This document shows, piece after piece, positions 51,457 to 61,117 of a DNA stretch of 64,000 nt. The stretch's first letter is position 1. Each line of letters begins with the position of its first letter. Origin of the DNA: Alistipes sp. (lineage in GTDB: Bacteria > Bacteroidota > Bacteroidia > Bacteroidales > Rikenellaceae); NCBI GenBank assembly GCA_045614205.1, contig JAZLCL010000015.1:11120-75119 (forward strand), read 5' to 3'. The position numbers and the translations under genes are program-made. The notes under the pieces are model-generated. The model worked only from the letters and a program-made list of their open reading frames with translations, did not search any database and was not told the origin of the DNA.

Positions 51457-53025
51457 ATGAAAAAGGCATATATAGTACTAACACTGCTTCTCGCATCGAC
51501 AATATTCGCGTGCGTCAAGGAGCCAGAGATAACCATCAACGAGATTGAGCAGCAGTCGCTGAAGGCGTGGATAGAGAAGTATCACCCTGAACTTAAGGAT
51601 AACTATCAGGAGGAGGGAGGATACTACGTCGAGGTACTCAACAAGGGTGTACTCGACTCACTACCCGTAACAGGCAAGGATGTGTGGGTATGGTACGACT
51701 TTACGGCACGCGACCTACAGGGTGTCGTCGTTGAGACACGTAACTGGGAGCTTGCAAACCAGCTAAACACCTACACTAACTACACACACTATGCACCCGC
51801 ATTCCGCTTTAGTGGCGCCGATAGTCACTCAATGATGGAGGGCACATACCTCGCTACGTTCAACAAGCTCACCGTGCGCGACAAGGAGAGTGGCGAGATG
51901 GTGGAGATGGATGTGCGCTACGGCACAGAGCTACGCCTATACCTCCCATCATCAATCACCACAAGCGACACATCAACAGGTGATGGCGGTTATGAGGGTG
52001 AGTTCATCATGGACAAGAGTAAGCCTATAATTGTGGATATGCACCTCTATGGTCATGTAGGCAACCCTGTGGCATATGAGGGGAACCGCGTAGATGCCTT
52101 CGCAAAGGTAAACGGCGGTCTCTGCACGGAGCATAAGGTGGTACGTGAGGATGATGCCACAACAAACAGCGCACGCCGCAGACACCTTACACGTGCCGAT
52201 GAGCAGAACGAAGAGGTTGACACACGCCCATTAGAGTTCTTCGACGGCCGCTGGCACCAGCCTATAGACTCACTCGAGCACCTATATGTAAACTACTCAT
52301 ACTCACCAGCAACAACGACATTCGACTTCAACGTCATCGGCACAGACACACTTATGTACCCACAGGAGAACATATACGATGCTGGTAAGATATATGGCAA
52401 CAACAACCTTGCGGAGATTGACCGCCGCATAAACGAGGCCCTTGTAGAACGCTTCGGCAGAGGTATAACATATGACGAAGTACTCGAGGCTGACTCGCTT
52501 AACGCAAGCTCATCAGCAAAGGTGTGGTACATAGGTCGCTTCCTTGATGGTTACATCTTCGACACCAACATCGACGAGGTTAAGGAGATAATATATGGTG
52601 AGGTTGTAACAGCTGGCTCGGCATTGACATTTGCCACATCCGACCCATTGGACAACGACTACATCTTGGCATGGAACTATGCAGTGCCAACACTACGCTA
52701 CGGCCAGTGGGCAACGATACTCACAGCATCGACATATGCCTACGGCTATGACGGTCAGGTGGGTAGCCACACCTCAACAACAACGAATACAAATGCCCAG
52801 TACGACATGATGAACTACTATAACTATATGAACTACATGAATAGTTACTATGGTTATAACTACGGGGGCATGTACAACTCTGGATACTATGGTTACAATC
52901 CATACTACTATGGTTACAACTACACGTACGATAATGACAGCACGGTGACCATCACAACAACATCTACCGAGATACCATCGTTCGCACCACTCATCTTCCA
53001 GGTGTTTATCGAGAAGAATGAGTAA
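51457..53025 (+). CDS. Lipoprotein with two FKBP-like domains and a Tyr/Asn/Gly-rich insert
   Basis: Lipobox IFAC; KVWYIGRFLDGYIFDTN, YI.AW, S.YAYG..G ... EIPSFAPLIFQV. Confidence 0.75.
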   Translation: MKKAYIVLTLLLASTIFACVKEPEITINEIEQQSLKAWIEKYHPELKDNYQEEGGYYVEVLNKGVLDSLPVTGKDVWVWYDFTARDLQGVVVETRNWELANQLNTYTNYTHYAPAFRFSGADSHSMMEGTYLATFNKLTVRDKESGEMVEMDVRYGTELRLYLPSSITTSDTSTGDGGYEGEFIMDKSKPIIVDMHLYGHVGNPVAYEGNRVDAFAKVNGGLCTEHKVVREDDATTNSARRRHLTRADEQNEEVDTRPLEFFDGRWHQPIDSLEHLYVNYSYSPATTTFDFNVIGTDTLMYPQENIYDAGKIYGNNNLAEIDRRINEALVERFGRGITYDEVLEADSLNASSSAKVWYIGRFLDGYIFDTNIDEVKEIIYGEVVTAGSALTFATSDPLDNDYILAWNYAVPTLRYGQWATILTASTYAYGYDGQVGSHTSTTTNTNAQYDMMNYYNYMNYMNSYYGYNYGGMYNSGYYGYNPYYYGYNYTYDNDSTVTITTTSTEIPSFAPLIFQVFIEKNE

Positions 53026-53042
53026 TAGAAATGATAATATGA

Positions 53043-53073
53043 AGAATGCCCAGAGTTACCTGGGCATTCTCTT
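53043..53073. terminator. Terminator between convergent genes
   Basis: AGAATGCCCAG...CTGGGCATTCT. Confidence 0.75.
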
Positions 53074-53078
53074 TAGTG

Positions 53079-54101
53079 TTATAAATCATGAGACAAAGGG
53101 GCTGGGACACTATCCCTCATATCAAAATCGCCCCAACGTTCAGCAATATAATCAAGTGTAGACTCTATCTCGGCAACATCGAACGATGTGACGAGCTTTA
53201 GGCGTGTCTGCTTGAAGTCTGGAAGCCCCTTGAAGTAGTTAGTCAGATGGCGACGCATCTCGAGGATGCCCACCCTATCGCCCTTAATCTCGAGAGACTT
53301 ACCAAGGTGCTCCTTGGCGATAGCAACACGTTCAACTACAGATGGTTGTGGCAATAGCTCGCCAGTCTCGAGATAGTGGCGACACTCCCTAAATATCCAT
53401 GGGCGGCCATATGTAGCTCGGCCTATCATCACACCATCAACACCATAGCGATCGAACATCTGCTTACACTTCTCGGCAGAGTCAACATCGCCATTACCGA
53501 TGATAGGTATTGTTATGCGTGGGTCATTCTTAATCTTGCCGATGAGTGTCCAGTCAGCCTCGCCACGATACATCTGCGAACGTGTACGGCCGTGGATGGT
53601 AAGAGCTGCGATACCTACATCCTGCAAGCGGAGAGCTATCTCCTCGATATTCTTCATCTCATCACTCCAGCCGAGGCGTGTCTTTACGGTCACAGGCTTA
53701 TTCACCGCCTTAACGATCTGGCGTGTCATCTCAACCATAAGGTCGGGATCCTTCATCATACCCGAGCCGGCACCACGATTAGCAATCTTCTTTACGGGAC
53801 AGCCAAAATTGATATCTATGATATCGGGATTAGCACTCTCGGCGATACGCGCAGCCTCAACCATAGGCTCTATGAGGTGGCCATATATCTGTATACCCAC
53901 AGGGCGTTCGTAGTCCGCAATATTGAGCTTCGCACGCGACTTCCACGCATCACGGATGAGACCATCAGAGGAGATAAACTCCGTATATACGACATCAGCA
54001 CCGAAACGCTTACACATATAGCGGAACGATGGGTCTGTTACATCCTCCATCGGAGCAAGAAATAGCGGCTGTGAGCCAAGTTCTATATCGGCAATCTTCA
54101 T
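53079..54101 (-). CDS. dusB: tRNA-dihydrouridine synthase
   Basis: LAPMEDVTD, DINFGCP, VTVKTRLG, IHGRT, GNGD, DGVMIGR. Confidence 0.93.
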   Translation of the reverse strand: MKIADIELGSQPLFLAPMEDVTDPSFRYMCKRFGADVVYTEFISSDGLIRDAWKSRAKLNIADYERPVGIQIYGHLIEPMVEAARIAESANPDIIDINFGCPVKKIANRGAGSGMMKDPDLMVEMTRQIVKAVNKPVTVKTRLGWSDEMKNIEEIALRLQDVGIAALTIHGRTRSQMYRGEADWTLIGKIKNDPRITIPIIGNGDVDSAEKCKQMFDRYGVDGVMIGRATYGRPWIFRECRHYLETGELLPQPSVVERVAIAKEHLGKSLEIKGDRVGILEMRRHLTNYFKGLPDFKQTRLKLVTSFDVAEIESTLDYIAERWGDFDMRDSVPAPLSHDL

Positions 54102-54120
54102 AAATAAACAAATTATGGTG

Positions 54121-54179
54121 CAAAGGTATGAAATTTTCGCAGTAAATGGTGTAAGTTTGGTAAAGAAAACGTACCTTTG
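54121..54179. promoter_or_regulatory. Divergent -7 boxes (TACCTTTG) for dusB and argS
   Basis: TAnnTTTG at 54121-54128 minus and 54172-54179 plus. Confidence 0.65.
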
Positions 54180-54203
54180 CAGTCTGAATAAATATATGTT
54201 AGT

Positions 54204-55982
54204 ATGGTAAATATCGAAGAGTTTATTTCAAATGTTGTTGCACGTGCCGCAGAGGAGCTCTATGGCGCAAGCGAGAACCTACAGATACAGAAGACACGTA
54301 AGGAGTTTGAGGGCGACTACACAGTGGTAGTATTCCCACTCCTCCGTGCCTCACGTAAGTCACCAGAGGCGACAGCTACAGAGCTCGGCGAGAAGATTGT
54401 TGCTTCAACACCCGAGATCAAGAGTTTCAACGTCATCAAGGGTTTCCTTAACCTCGTTGTTGACGCCTCATTCTGGGCAGCACGCTTCCGCGAGATTGTG
54501 GAGACAGAGAACTATGGCATGGCACCACAGTCGGGTCGCACAATAATGATTGAGTATTCATCACCAAATACCAACAAGCCACTTCACCTCGGTCACATAC
54601 GCAACAACCTCCTCGGTTACTCTGTTGCCACTATCCTTAAGGCTAATGGCCACAACGTAATCAAGGTTAACCTTGTTAACGATCGCGGTATTCACATCTG
54701 CAAGTCGATGCTCGCATGGCAGCTTTACGGTGGTGGCGAGACTCCAGCATCGTCAGGCATGAAGGGTGACCACCTCGTAGGTAAGTACTACGTGGAGTTC
54801 GACAAGCACTACAAGCAGCAGGTGAAGGAGCTCGTAGCAGAGAAGGGCATCACAGAGGATGAGGCAAAGAAGCAGGCGCCCATCATGCTCCAGGCACAAG
54901 AGATGCTCCGCAAGTGGGAAGCAAAGGATCCAGAGATATACTCATTGTGGGAGACAATGAATGGCTGGGTATACGAGGGCTTCGACGTGACATACAAGGC
55001 TTTGGGCGTTGACTTCGACAAGGTATACTACGAGTCACAGACATACCTCTTGGGTAAGAGCCTCGTGGAGGATGGTCTTAAGAAGGGCGTATTCTTCCGC
55101 AAGGAGGACAACTCCGTATGGATCGACCTTGAGGCTGACGGTCTCGACCAGAAGCTACTCCTACGTGGTGATGGCACATCTGTATACATGACACAGGACC
55201 TCGGCACAGCATTGAGCCGCTTCGAGGAGAACAGCCTCGACGACATGATATATGTTGTGGGTAACGAGCAGAACTACCACTTCCAGGTGCTCAAGCTTGT
55301 GCTTAAGAAGCTCGGTTACGAGTGGAGTGACAACATCTTCCACCTATCATACGGCATGGTTGAGTTGCCCGAGGGTAAGATGAAGTCTCGTGAGGGTACT
55401 GTGGTAGATGCCGATGACCTCATAGCTGACATGATTGGCACAGCACGCGAGATGTCTGACGAGCTCGGCAAGCTCGACGGTTGCACAGAGGAGGAGGCAT
55501 ACAAGATCTCGGAGATGGTGGGTCTCGGCGCCTTGAAGTACTTCATCCTCAAGGTAGACCCCAAGAAGACCATGCTCTTCGACCCACGCGAGTCTATCGA
55601 CTTCAACGGCAACACTGGTCCATTCATCCAGTATACACACGCACGTATACGTTCAATACTGCGCAAGGCTGCCGAGGCAGGCATCACAACAGAGGGTTAC
55701 AACGATGCAGCCCTCCTACCCGAGGAGATTGAGCTCATCAAGGCTCTCTCGGAGTACCCAGCAGTGGTACGCACTGCAGGCCAGCAGTTTGCCCCATCTG
55801 TGATTGCTGCATATGCCTACGACCTTGCAAAGCAGTTCAACGGCTACTACCACGACCACTCTATCCTCAAGGAGGAGAACACCGTAGTACGTGCACTACG
55901 CCTAACACTCGCATCGGAGGTGGCACGCACAATTCGTTCAGCGATGGCACTATTGGGCATCAATGTCCCCGAGAGAATGTAA
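54204..55982 (+). CDS. argS: Arginine-tRNA ligase
   Basis: EYSSPNTNKPLHLGH, KMKSREG, GNTGPFIQYTHAR, C-terminal PERM. Confidence 0.97.
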   Translation: MVNIEEFISNVVARAAEELYGASENLQIQKTRKEFEGDYTVVVFPLLRASRKSPEATATELGEKIVASTPEIKSFNVIKGFLNLVVDASFWAARFREIVETENYGMAPQSGRTIMIEYSSPNTNKPLHLGHIRNNLLGYSVATILKANGHNVIKVNLVNDRGIHICKSMLAWQLYGGGETPASSGMKGDHLVGKYYVEFDKHYKQQVKELVAEKGITEDEAKKQAPIMLQAQEMLRKWEAKDPEIYSLWETMNGWVYEGFDVTYKALGVDFDKVYYESQTYLLGKSLVEDGLKKGVFFRKEDNSVWIDLEADGLDQKLLLRGDGTSVYMTQDLGTALSRFEENSLDDMIYVVGNEQNYHFQVLKLVLKKLGYEWSDNIFHLSYGMVELPEGKMKSREGTVVDADDLIADMIGTAREMSDELGKLDGCTEEEAYKISEMVGLGALKYFILKVDPKKTMLFDPRESIDFNGNTGPFIQYTHARIRSILRKAAEAGITTEGYNDAALLPEEIELIKALSEYPAVVRTAGQQFAPSVIAAYAYDLAKQFNGYYHDHSILKEENTVVRALRLTLASEVARTIRSAMALLGINVPERM

Positions 55983-55994
55983 TATTCGCATAAC

Positions 55995-56036
55995 AAAGGG
56001 GTTGTCCAACAAGCAAACGGGCAACCCCTCTTTTTT
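55995..56036 (+). terminator. argS terminator
   Basis: AGGGGTTGTCC...GGGCAACCCCT followed by CTTTTTT. Confidence 0.85.
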
Positions 56037-56037
56037 A

Positions 56038-56136
56038 GAAGTTGTATAACATGCTAATTTAGGAATGTAAAGACTCAAAAGCGTAGTATACGAACATTTT
56101 GAGGGAACCTAACGAGTAGCACTGTTGGACAGCTTC
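56038..56136. repeat. 99-bp imperfect palindrome related to the 48217 element
   Basis: Arms GAAGTTGT/ACAGCTTC, TGCTA/TAGCA, TTAGG/CCTAA, CTCAAAA/TTTTGAG; core AAAAGCGTAG...GAACATTTTGAGGG. Confidence 0.65.
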
Positions 56137-56149
56137 ATTTATTTATACT

Positions 56150-57112
56150 ATGAGGTACCTATACTATATTATTATATCAGCCCTACTACTTATCTCGTGC
56201 AACAACACAAGAGTCAATAACGAGGAGGGTGAGGCAGAGGCAGCAACGGAGCAGTATGCACCTGGCACACGCGAGTTAAAGATAGACTTTGACCCACAGC
56301 GCATGACATCATTGGAGGACTATAACAATGCGATGGAGCACTATTGGGACAACTTCGACTTTGAGTGTGGCGAGCAGGTCATAGCATATGACACCATGCA
56401 GGTGATGAGTGCATTTGCTCAATATGCATCATACCTCGGTGCTGGCTCCCCTCCAGAACGCTGTGACTCGCTACTACGCAACCTCATGCATCGTGCCGAG
56501 CATAGTCGCCCCGTGTTTGACTTCTTCACACACATCGCCGAGTGTGTGCTTCACGACCCTAACTCACCACTGCATAATGATGAGTTGTATATACCTATCC
56601 TTGAGGTGATGGTCGCCTCACCACTCTTGGATGAGTACGACCGTATAGTGCCCGCCTACGACCTTGAGCTAGCTCTCAAGAATCGCATAGGAGAAGTTGC
56701 CGAGGATATAGTATACACCCTGGCGAACGGCAGACAGGGCAGACTACACGCCATAGATAGTGACTACACCATAGTGATGTTCTCAAACCCAGGATGCCCC
56801 ATGTGTGGTCAGATAACTGCAGATATGTCCTCCTCGCCACTAATCAGCGAGTTGCTGGCAAGCAAGCGCCTGACGATACTATGCATATACCCTGATGCTG
56901 ACCTCGAGACATGGCACAACCACCATAGCGACATCCCTTCGAGTTGGATAAATGCCTATGATGAGGGCATGAAGATTACCGAGAATCGCACATATAACCT
57001 TGCCGCCATACCATCACTATATCTACTTGATAGGCAGAAGCGTGTGATAATAAAAGATGGTTTCTCAGTTGCCAACATCGAAAGAACAATCATATACATT
57101 GAACAGATGTAA
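56150..57112 (+). CDS. DUF5106-like lipoprotein with a C-terminal thioredoxin-like domain
   Basis: Lipobox LISC, HYWDNFDF, DPNSP.HN.ELY, NPGCPMC, Y.L.AIPSLYLLD. Confidence 0.8.
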   Translation: MRYLYYIIISALLLISCNNTRVNNEEGEAEAATEQYAPGTRELKIDFDPQRMTSLEDYNNAMEHYWDNFDFECGEQVIAYDTMQVMSAFAQYASYLGAGSPPERCDSLLRNLMHRAEHSRPVFDFFTHIAECVLHDPNSPLHNDELYIPILEVMVASPLLDEYDRIVPAYDLELALKNRIGEVAEDIVYTLANGRQGRLHAIDSDYTIVMFSNPGCPMCGQITADMSSSPLISELLASKRLTILCIYPDADLETWHNHHSDIPSSWINAYDEGMKITENRTYNLAAIPSLYLLDRQKRVIIKDGFSVANIERTIIYIEQM

Positions 57113-57113
57113 G

Positions 57114-57608
57114 ATGACAGACTTTGTAGCAATAGACTTCGAGACAGCAAACAACGACCCATCAAGCGTATGCTCCGTAGGTCTTGTCATAGTGCGTGAG
57201 GGTAAGGTACAGCACCGCATACACAAGCTCATACGCCCTGTGCCCAACTTCTACGCCTACCACAACACACGTGTACACGGCATGACACGCCGCGATACAG
57301 ACTTCTGCGTTGGTTTTCCGCTTATATGGCGCGAGCTGCAGCCGCTATTCGCAGGACTACCCTTTGTGGTACACAACGCATCATTCGACGAACGATGTCT
57401 GAAGGCTGTACACGAGGCATACAACATGCCATACCCAAACTATACGTTTCACTGCACATGTAGCACCGCACGCCGAGTATTTGGCAAACAACTACCCGAC
57501 CACCGACTACCTACCGTGGCCATGGCATGTGGTTTCAAGCTCTCTAACCACCACCATGCACTCGCCGATGCCGATGCTTGTGCTGCAATAGCCCTACGAA
57601 TACTTTAG
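57114..57608 (+). CDS. DEDDh 3'-5' exonuclease (DnaQ-like)
   Basis: AIDFETAN, HNASFD, HHALADA; start moved to the ATG at 57114. Confidence 0.9.
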   Translation: MTDFVAIDFETANNDPSSVCSVGLVIVREGKVQHRIHKLIRPVPNFYAYHNTRVHGMTRRDTDFCVGFPLIWRELQPLFAGLPFVVHNASFDERCLKAVHEAYNMPYPNYTFHCTCSTARRVFGKQLPDHRLPTVAMACGFKLSNHHHALADADACAAIALRIL

Positions 57609-57610
57609 CC

Positions 57611-58600
57611 ATGCGTGATATTATAGATATATTCGTAACCCTCGGCAGAAGACTGCGTAACGAGATAGAGACTCCAAAGATAAAGGATCTATATGCACGT
57701 GCCATAGCCGACAACCCATGGTTTACAGAGCACGACATAACATGCGCCATCGAGGCAATATGCTCTGATATGCTCGACGAGATGAGGCTCAATGAGTGGG
57801 CACAGCACTACCCCAAGAGCACAACACCACAGCGTGTTGCCATAATAATGGCGGGCAACATACCTCTTGTGGGATTCTTCGACCTACTCTGCGTATTGTG
57901 TAGTGGACATGAGGCCCACATAAAACCTTCGAGCAAGGATAGTGTACTCATGCGTCATGTTGTCGACATCCTCCGCGACATTGAGCCGCAGATAGCCATA
58001 TACGACTATAGCGCAGATGACAAGTACGACATAGCGATAGCCACGGGTGGCGATGATGCTAACCGCTACTTCAGGGAGCACTTTGCCACGACACGCTGTC
58101 TACTACGTGGCAGTCGCCACTCTGTAGCGGTGCTCGATGGCACAGAGAGTGCAGCAGAGATAGAGGGGTTATGGCATGACATCACGGCATACTCGGGCCT
58201 CGGATGCCGTTCCATATCTATGCTCTTCATCCCGCGCAACTGCGAAGTGCCCAAGATGCATGGAGAGCCTATAAACCGTAAACTTAAGGGTACACTCTCG
58301 ACAACACGTGCCCTATATACCATGAAGGGCACTTCGCACATAGACTGCGGAGCATTCATCATGACCGAGGGTAGAGAGTTCCCCACGACACTTGCGGCAG
58401 TGACACTCTACCGCTACGACGGCATTAGCGAGGTGAAGGAGTGGATAGCAAAACGTGCGGAGAAGATACAATGCATAGTATCCCACGCCGACATTGCCAA
58501 CAGCGTACCCTTCGGCAAGGCACAGCACCCCACGCTACATGACTATGCGGATGGTGTTGACACCATGGCGATGCTTAACGAAGAGAAATTTTGCTATTAA
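57611..58600 (+). CDS. Acyl-CoA reductase (LuxC-like, ALDH fold)
   Basis: N.WF, IMAGNIPLVGF.D, K.SSKD, IATG, Y.GLGCR, FGKAQ.P.L.DYADGVDT; start at the ATG at 57611. Confidence 0.85.
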   Translation: MRDIIDIFVTLGRRLRNEIETPKIKDLYARAIADNPWFTEHDITCAIEAICSDMLDEMRLNEWAQHYPKSTTPQRVAIIMAGNIPLVGFFDLLCVLCSGHEAHIKPSSKDSVLMRHVVDILRDIEPQIAIYDYSADDKYDIAIATGGDDANRYFREHFATTRCLLRGSRHSVAVLDGTESAAEIEGLWHDITAYSGLGCRSISMLFIPRNCEVPKMHGEPINRKLKGTLSTTRALYTMKGTSHIDCGAFIMTEGREFPTTLAAVTLYRYDGISEVKEWIAKRAEKIQCIVSHADIANSVPFGKAQHPTLHDYADGVDTMAMLNEEKFCY

Positions 58601-58660
58601 ATTAAAAATTATTATCTTTGCACGAGGCCACAACATAAGAAACAGTGGCCGAGAGATATT

Positions 58661-59233
58661 ATGCAGAAACTCTATATCATAGCAGGATGCAACGGAGCAG
58701 GTAAGACAACGGCATCGTACACGATGTTACCCGAGTTATTGCACTGCCACGAGTTTGTCAATGCTGATGAGATCGCACGTGGACTATCACCCTTTAATCC
58801 AGATAGCATGGCGATTGAGGCGGGACGTCTTATGCTACGCCGCATAAACGACCTGCTAGAGGAGGGCACAGACTTTGCATTCGAGACAACACTGTCAACA
58901 CGTACCTACCAGAAGTTCATAGACCGCGCACACGAACGTGGTTACTTCGTATCGCTACTCTACTTCTGGTTGCCATCGCCCGAACAGGCGATAGAACGTG
59001 TGGCAAAGCGTGTTAGCCTCGGAGGACATAACATTCCGACAAACACCATTAGACGACGATATGAGAGTAGTATGCGTAATCTCACGAAGCTCTATGTTCC
59101 GATATGCGACTACTGGGTTATCTACGATAACTCTACCGCCGAGGGCGTAAAAAAGATAGCGTATGGAGCAAAGGGCGAAATAAAAGAGATTGTTGACCCG
59201 TTAGCCTACCAGAAGATATTGAGCTATGAGTGA
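58661..59233 (+). CDS. Zeta-toxin-like P-loop kinase (COG4185-type)
   Basis: IAGCNGAGKTT, FVNADEIA, AGR, FAFETTLS, RV..RV..GGH.IP...I.RRY, YDNS; TATCTTTG box at 58613-58620. Confidence 0.88.
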   Translation: MQKLYIIAGCNGAGKTTASYTMLPELLHCHEFVNADEIARGLSPFNPDSMAIEAGRLMLRRINDLLEEGTDFAFETTLSTRTYQKFIDRAHERGYFVSLLYFWLPSPEQAIERVAKRVSLGGHNIPTNTIRRRYESSMRNLTKLYVPICDYWVIYDNSTAEGVKKIAYGAKGEIKEIVDPLAYQKILSYE

Positions 59234-59393
59234 TTTTGAGATTAGAGAACTACAGGAACGTATTGATGCGGGCATATTGCTCGCACAGCGCCGCCTTATC
59301 GAACGTACACGTAAGGATAATGGCGACCTTGTGGTCATGCGCGATGGTGAAGTCGTGCGCCTTACCCCCGACCAGCTCCTCGCAAAGCAGTAA
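59226..59393 (+). CDS. 55-aa partner protein (MSDFEIRELQERIDAGILLAQRRLIERTRKDNGDLVVMRDGEVVRLTPDQLLAKQ)
   Basis: Translated by hand; the ATG overlaps the kinase 3' end by 8 nt; helix plus LVV.RDG.VV hairpin pattern. Confidence 0.75.
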   Translation: MSDFEIRELQERIDAGILLAQRRLIERTRKDNGDLVVMRDGEVVRLTPDQLLAKQ

Positions 59394-59434
59394 TGGGCAG
59401 AGGAGAACATAACAAATGATTAACGTAAACTATC

Positions 59435-59474
59435 GGGTTGTCCAGCGTATATGCAGGACAACCTCCAATTTTTT
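59435..59474 (+). terminator. Intrinsic terminator
   Basis: GGGTTGTCC...GGACAACCT then CCAATTTTTT. Confidence 0.7.
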
Positions 59475-59565
59475 AAGTAGTTTCAATAATTATATAATAG
59501 TTGATAGAGTAATTTTACTATCTTTGTATAACGGGATGTGACAATACAACAAACTAACAACCATA

Positions 59566-60840
59566 ATGAGAATGAAAAGACTTCTACTTCTGCTTGTCGT
59601 TGCTGCAATGGCCGTTGCCTGCGACATATCGAACACGGAGACTCCACAGGGTGAGCCTACCGTGATAGTTAACTCCAATACTAACGTATTCTTCGAGGCC
59701 GAGGGTGGCAAGGGTGAGATTAGCTTCACCATTGAGAATGCCAACAAGAAGCTCGAGCTTGTAGTCGAGAGTGCAAACACGTGGATCACCATAGATAGCG
59801 TTGACGAGGTGATACGCTACACGGTTGCGGCGAATGATGGCTATGAGGAACGTACAGGCAACATCGTCATCACATACGGCAATAGCGAGGCTACGGTAAC
59901 CGTCATGCAGCATGTATCAGATGTCACCGTTTACACAGCATTAACAACATTCGGCAGTGAGTATATTGCTGGCAGCAACGGCATACACAACTACTATGTT
60001 GTGCTATCAACCGTGGGAACAACAGAGTCGGGATACCTACAGCCAAATGCCGAGTATTACTACTTCGACATCTACTCATCAGTTGCAGCAAATGGCTCAT
60101 CGACAGCTATAATTCCTAACGGCACATATACCTTATCTACTGATGGCAATATACGTGATGGCATCGTAGACTACGAGTGGAGCAACTACACTGTATCATC
60201 AGATAGCGACTATGTGGAGTATTACTACCAGGAGTGCACGGTCGTTGTATCAGACAGCTCTATAGTGGCAACCATAACCCTTGAAAATGGCGAGAAACAC
60301 ATCGTCAAGTATAACGGTTCTATCGAGATCCCTGTATACAACCCTAATGGCGGTGGCGATGATGGCGGTGGCACAACAGAAGGCTTAAGCACACTCACCG
60401 ACGACCACACATTCGACATCGCAGATGGTGTCTTTGTGGGTGCCTATGTTGGCGACCTCCTATATAACGGTTGCAACACATGCCAAGTATACCTATTCGA
60501 GTACCTCGACTATGAGACGGGTGAGGAACGTGGCGACCAGTTTGAGATTGACCTTCAGCTACCACAGAACGAGACAGATATATGTGGCACATACACTGCT
60601 GGCACAACCGCAGGACACTTCATCCCAGGCACAGCAGAGGATATGGGAGGCCAGTATATGCAGGTGAATAGCTGGTATATGACAGCTGGTTACGTTAACT
60701 TTGCGCCACTCGTAAGCGGCAGCGTGACGGTAACGAAGGATGATAGCGACGTATACACATTCACCATCGACACCGTCGATGACAAGGGCAACAGAATATA
60801 CGGCACATTCAAGGGCTGTGGTGAGTTCATCGAGTGGTAA
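59566..60840 (+). CDS. BACON-domain surface lipoprotein
   Basis: Lipobox AVAC; F.AEGG...W......V.AN....ERTG.I....V.V.Q; two beta-rich domains with GTYT motifs. Confidence 0.8.
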   Translation: MRMKRLLLLLVVAAMAVACDISNTETPQGEPTVIVNSNTNVFFEAEGGKGEISFTIENANKKLELVVESANTWITIDSVDEVIRYTVAANDGYEERTGNIVITYGNSEATVTVMQHVSDVTVYTALTTFGSEYIAGSNGIHNYYVVLSTVGTTESGYLQPNAEYYYFDIYSSVAANGSSTAIIPNGTYTLSTDGNIRDGIVDYEWSNYTVSSDSDYVEYYYQECTVVVSDSSIVATITLENGEKHIVKYNGSIEIPVYNPNGGGDDGGGTTEGLSTLTDDHTFDIADGVFVGAYVGDLLYNGCNTCQVYLFEYLDYETGEERGDQFEIDLQLPQNETDICGTYTAGTTAGHFIPGTAEDMGGQYMQVNSWYMTAGYVNFAPLVSGSVTVTKDDSDVYTFTIDTVDDKGNRIYGTFKGCGEFIEW

Positions 60841-60874
60841 CACGCCCATCATCTGCTAACGCATAAATAACAAT

Positions 60875-60911
60875 CAATGCCCCGTGTATTATCAACACGG
60901 GGCATTGCTTT
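60875..60911 (+). terminator. Intrinsic terminator
   Basis: CAATGCCCCGTGT...ACACGGGGCATTG then CTTT. Confidence 0.8.
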
Positions 60912-61034
60912 ACTATTTCAAGAACGTCATGTAATGATGTGATAGTTGGGGGATCTTTCTGTAGATTCTAATATAAATATATTGGTATACCCCACCACAT
61001 CTTTTACATCTCAAACATTACAACACATACCCAT

Positions 61035-61066
61035 AAATAAAATCGGCGGTGATCACTCACCGCCGA
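61035..61066 (-). terminator. Intrinsic terminator
   Basis: TCGGCGGTGA-TCAC-TCACCGCCGA followed by TTTTATTT on the minus strand. Confidence 0.8.
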
Positions 61067-61117
61067 AAGAGGGGTATCCTGTATCGGACCTACCTAATGT
61101 TTTATTAAGCGCTACCT

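Noticed and set aside
52801-52930. TAC/AAC-rich DNA as a tandem repeat, CRISPR array or DGR variable region
   Set aside because: There is no fixed repeat unit, spacer, template copy or reverse transcriptase; the Tyr/Asn codons explain it
59230-59412. 60-aa ORF from the track
   Set aside because: The alternative frame 59226-59393 has an ATG start and a more protein-like sequence
60940-61110. Possible small RNA or 68-aa ORF between the convergent lipoprotein terminators
   Set aside because: The G-run and C-run could pair, but there is no promoter box, recognisable family or convincing coding signal
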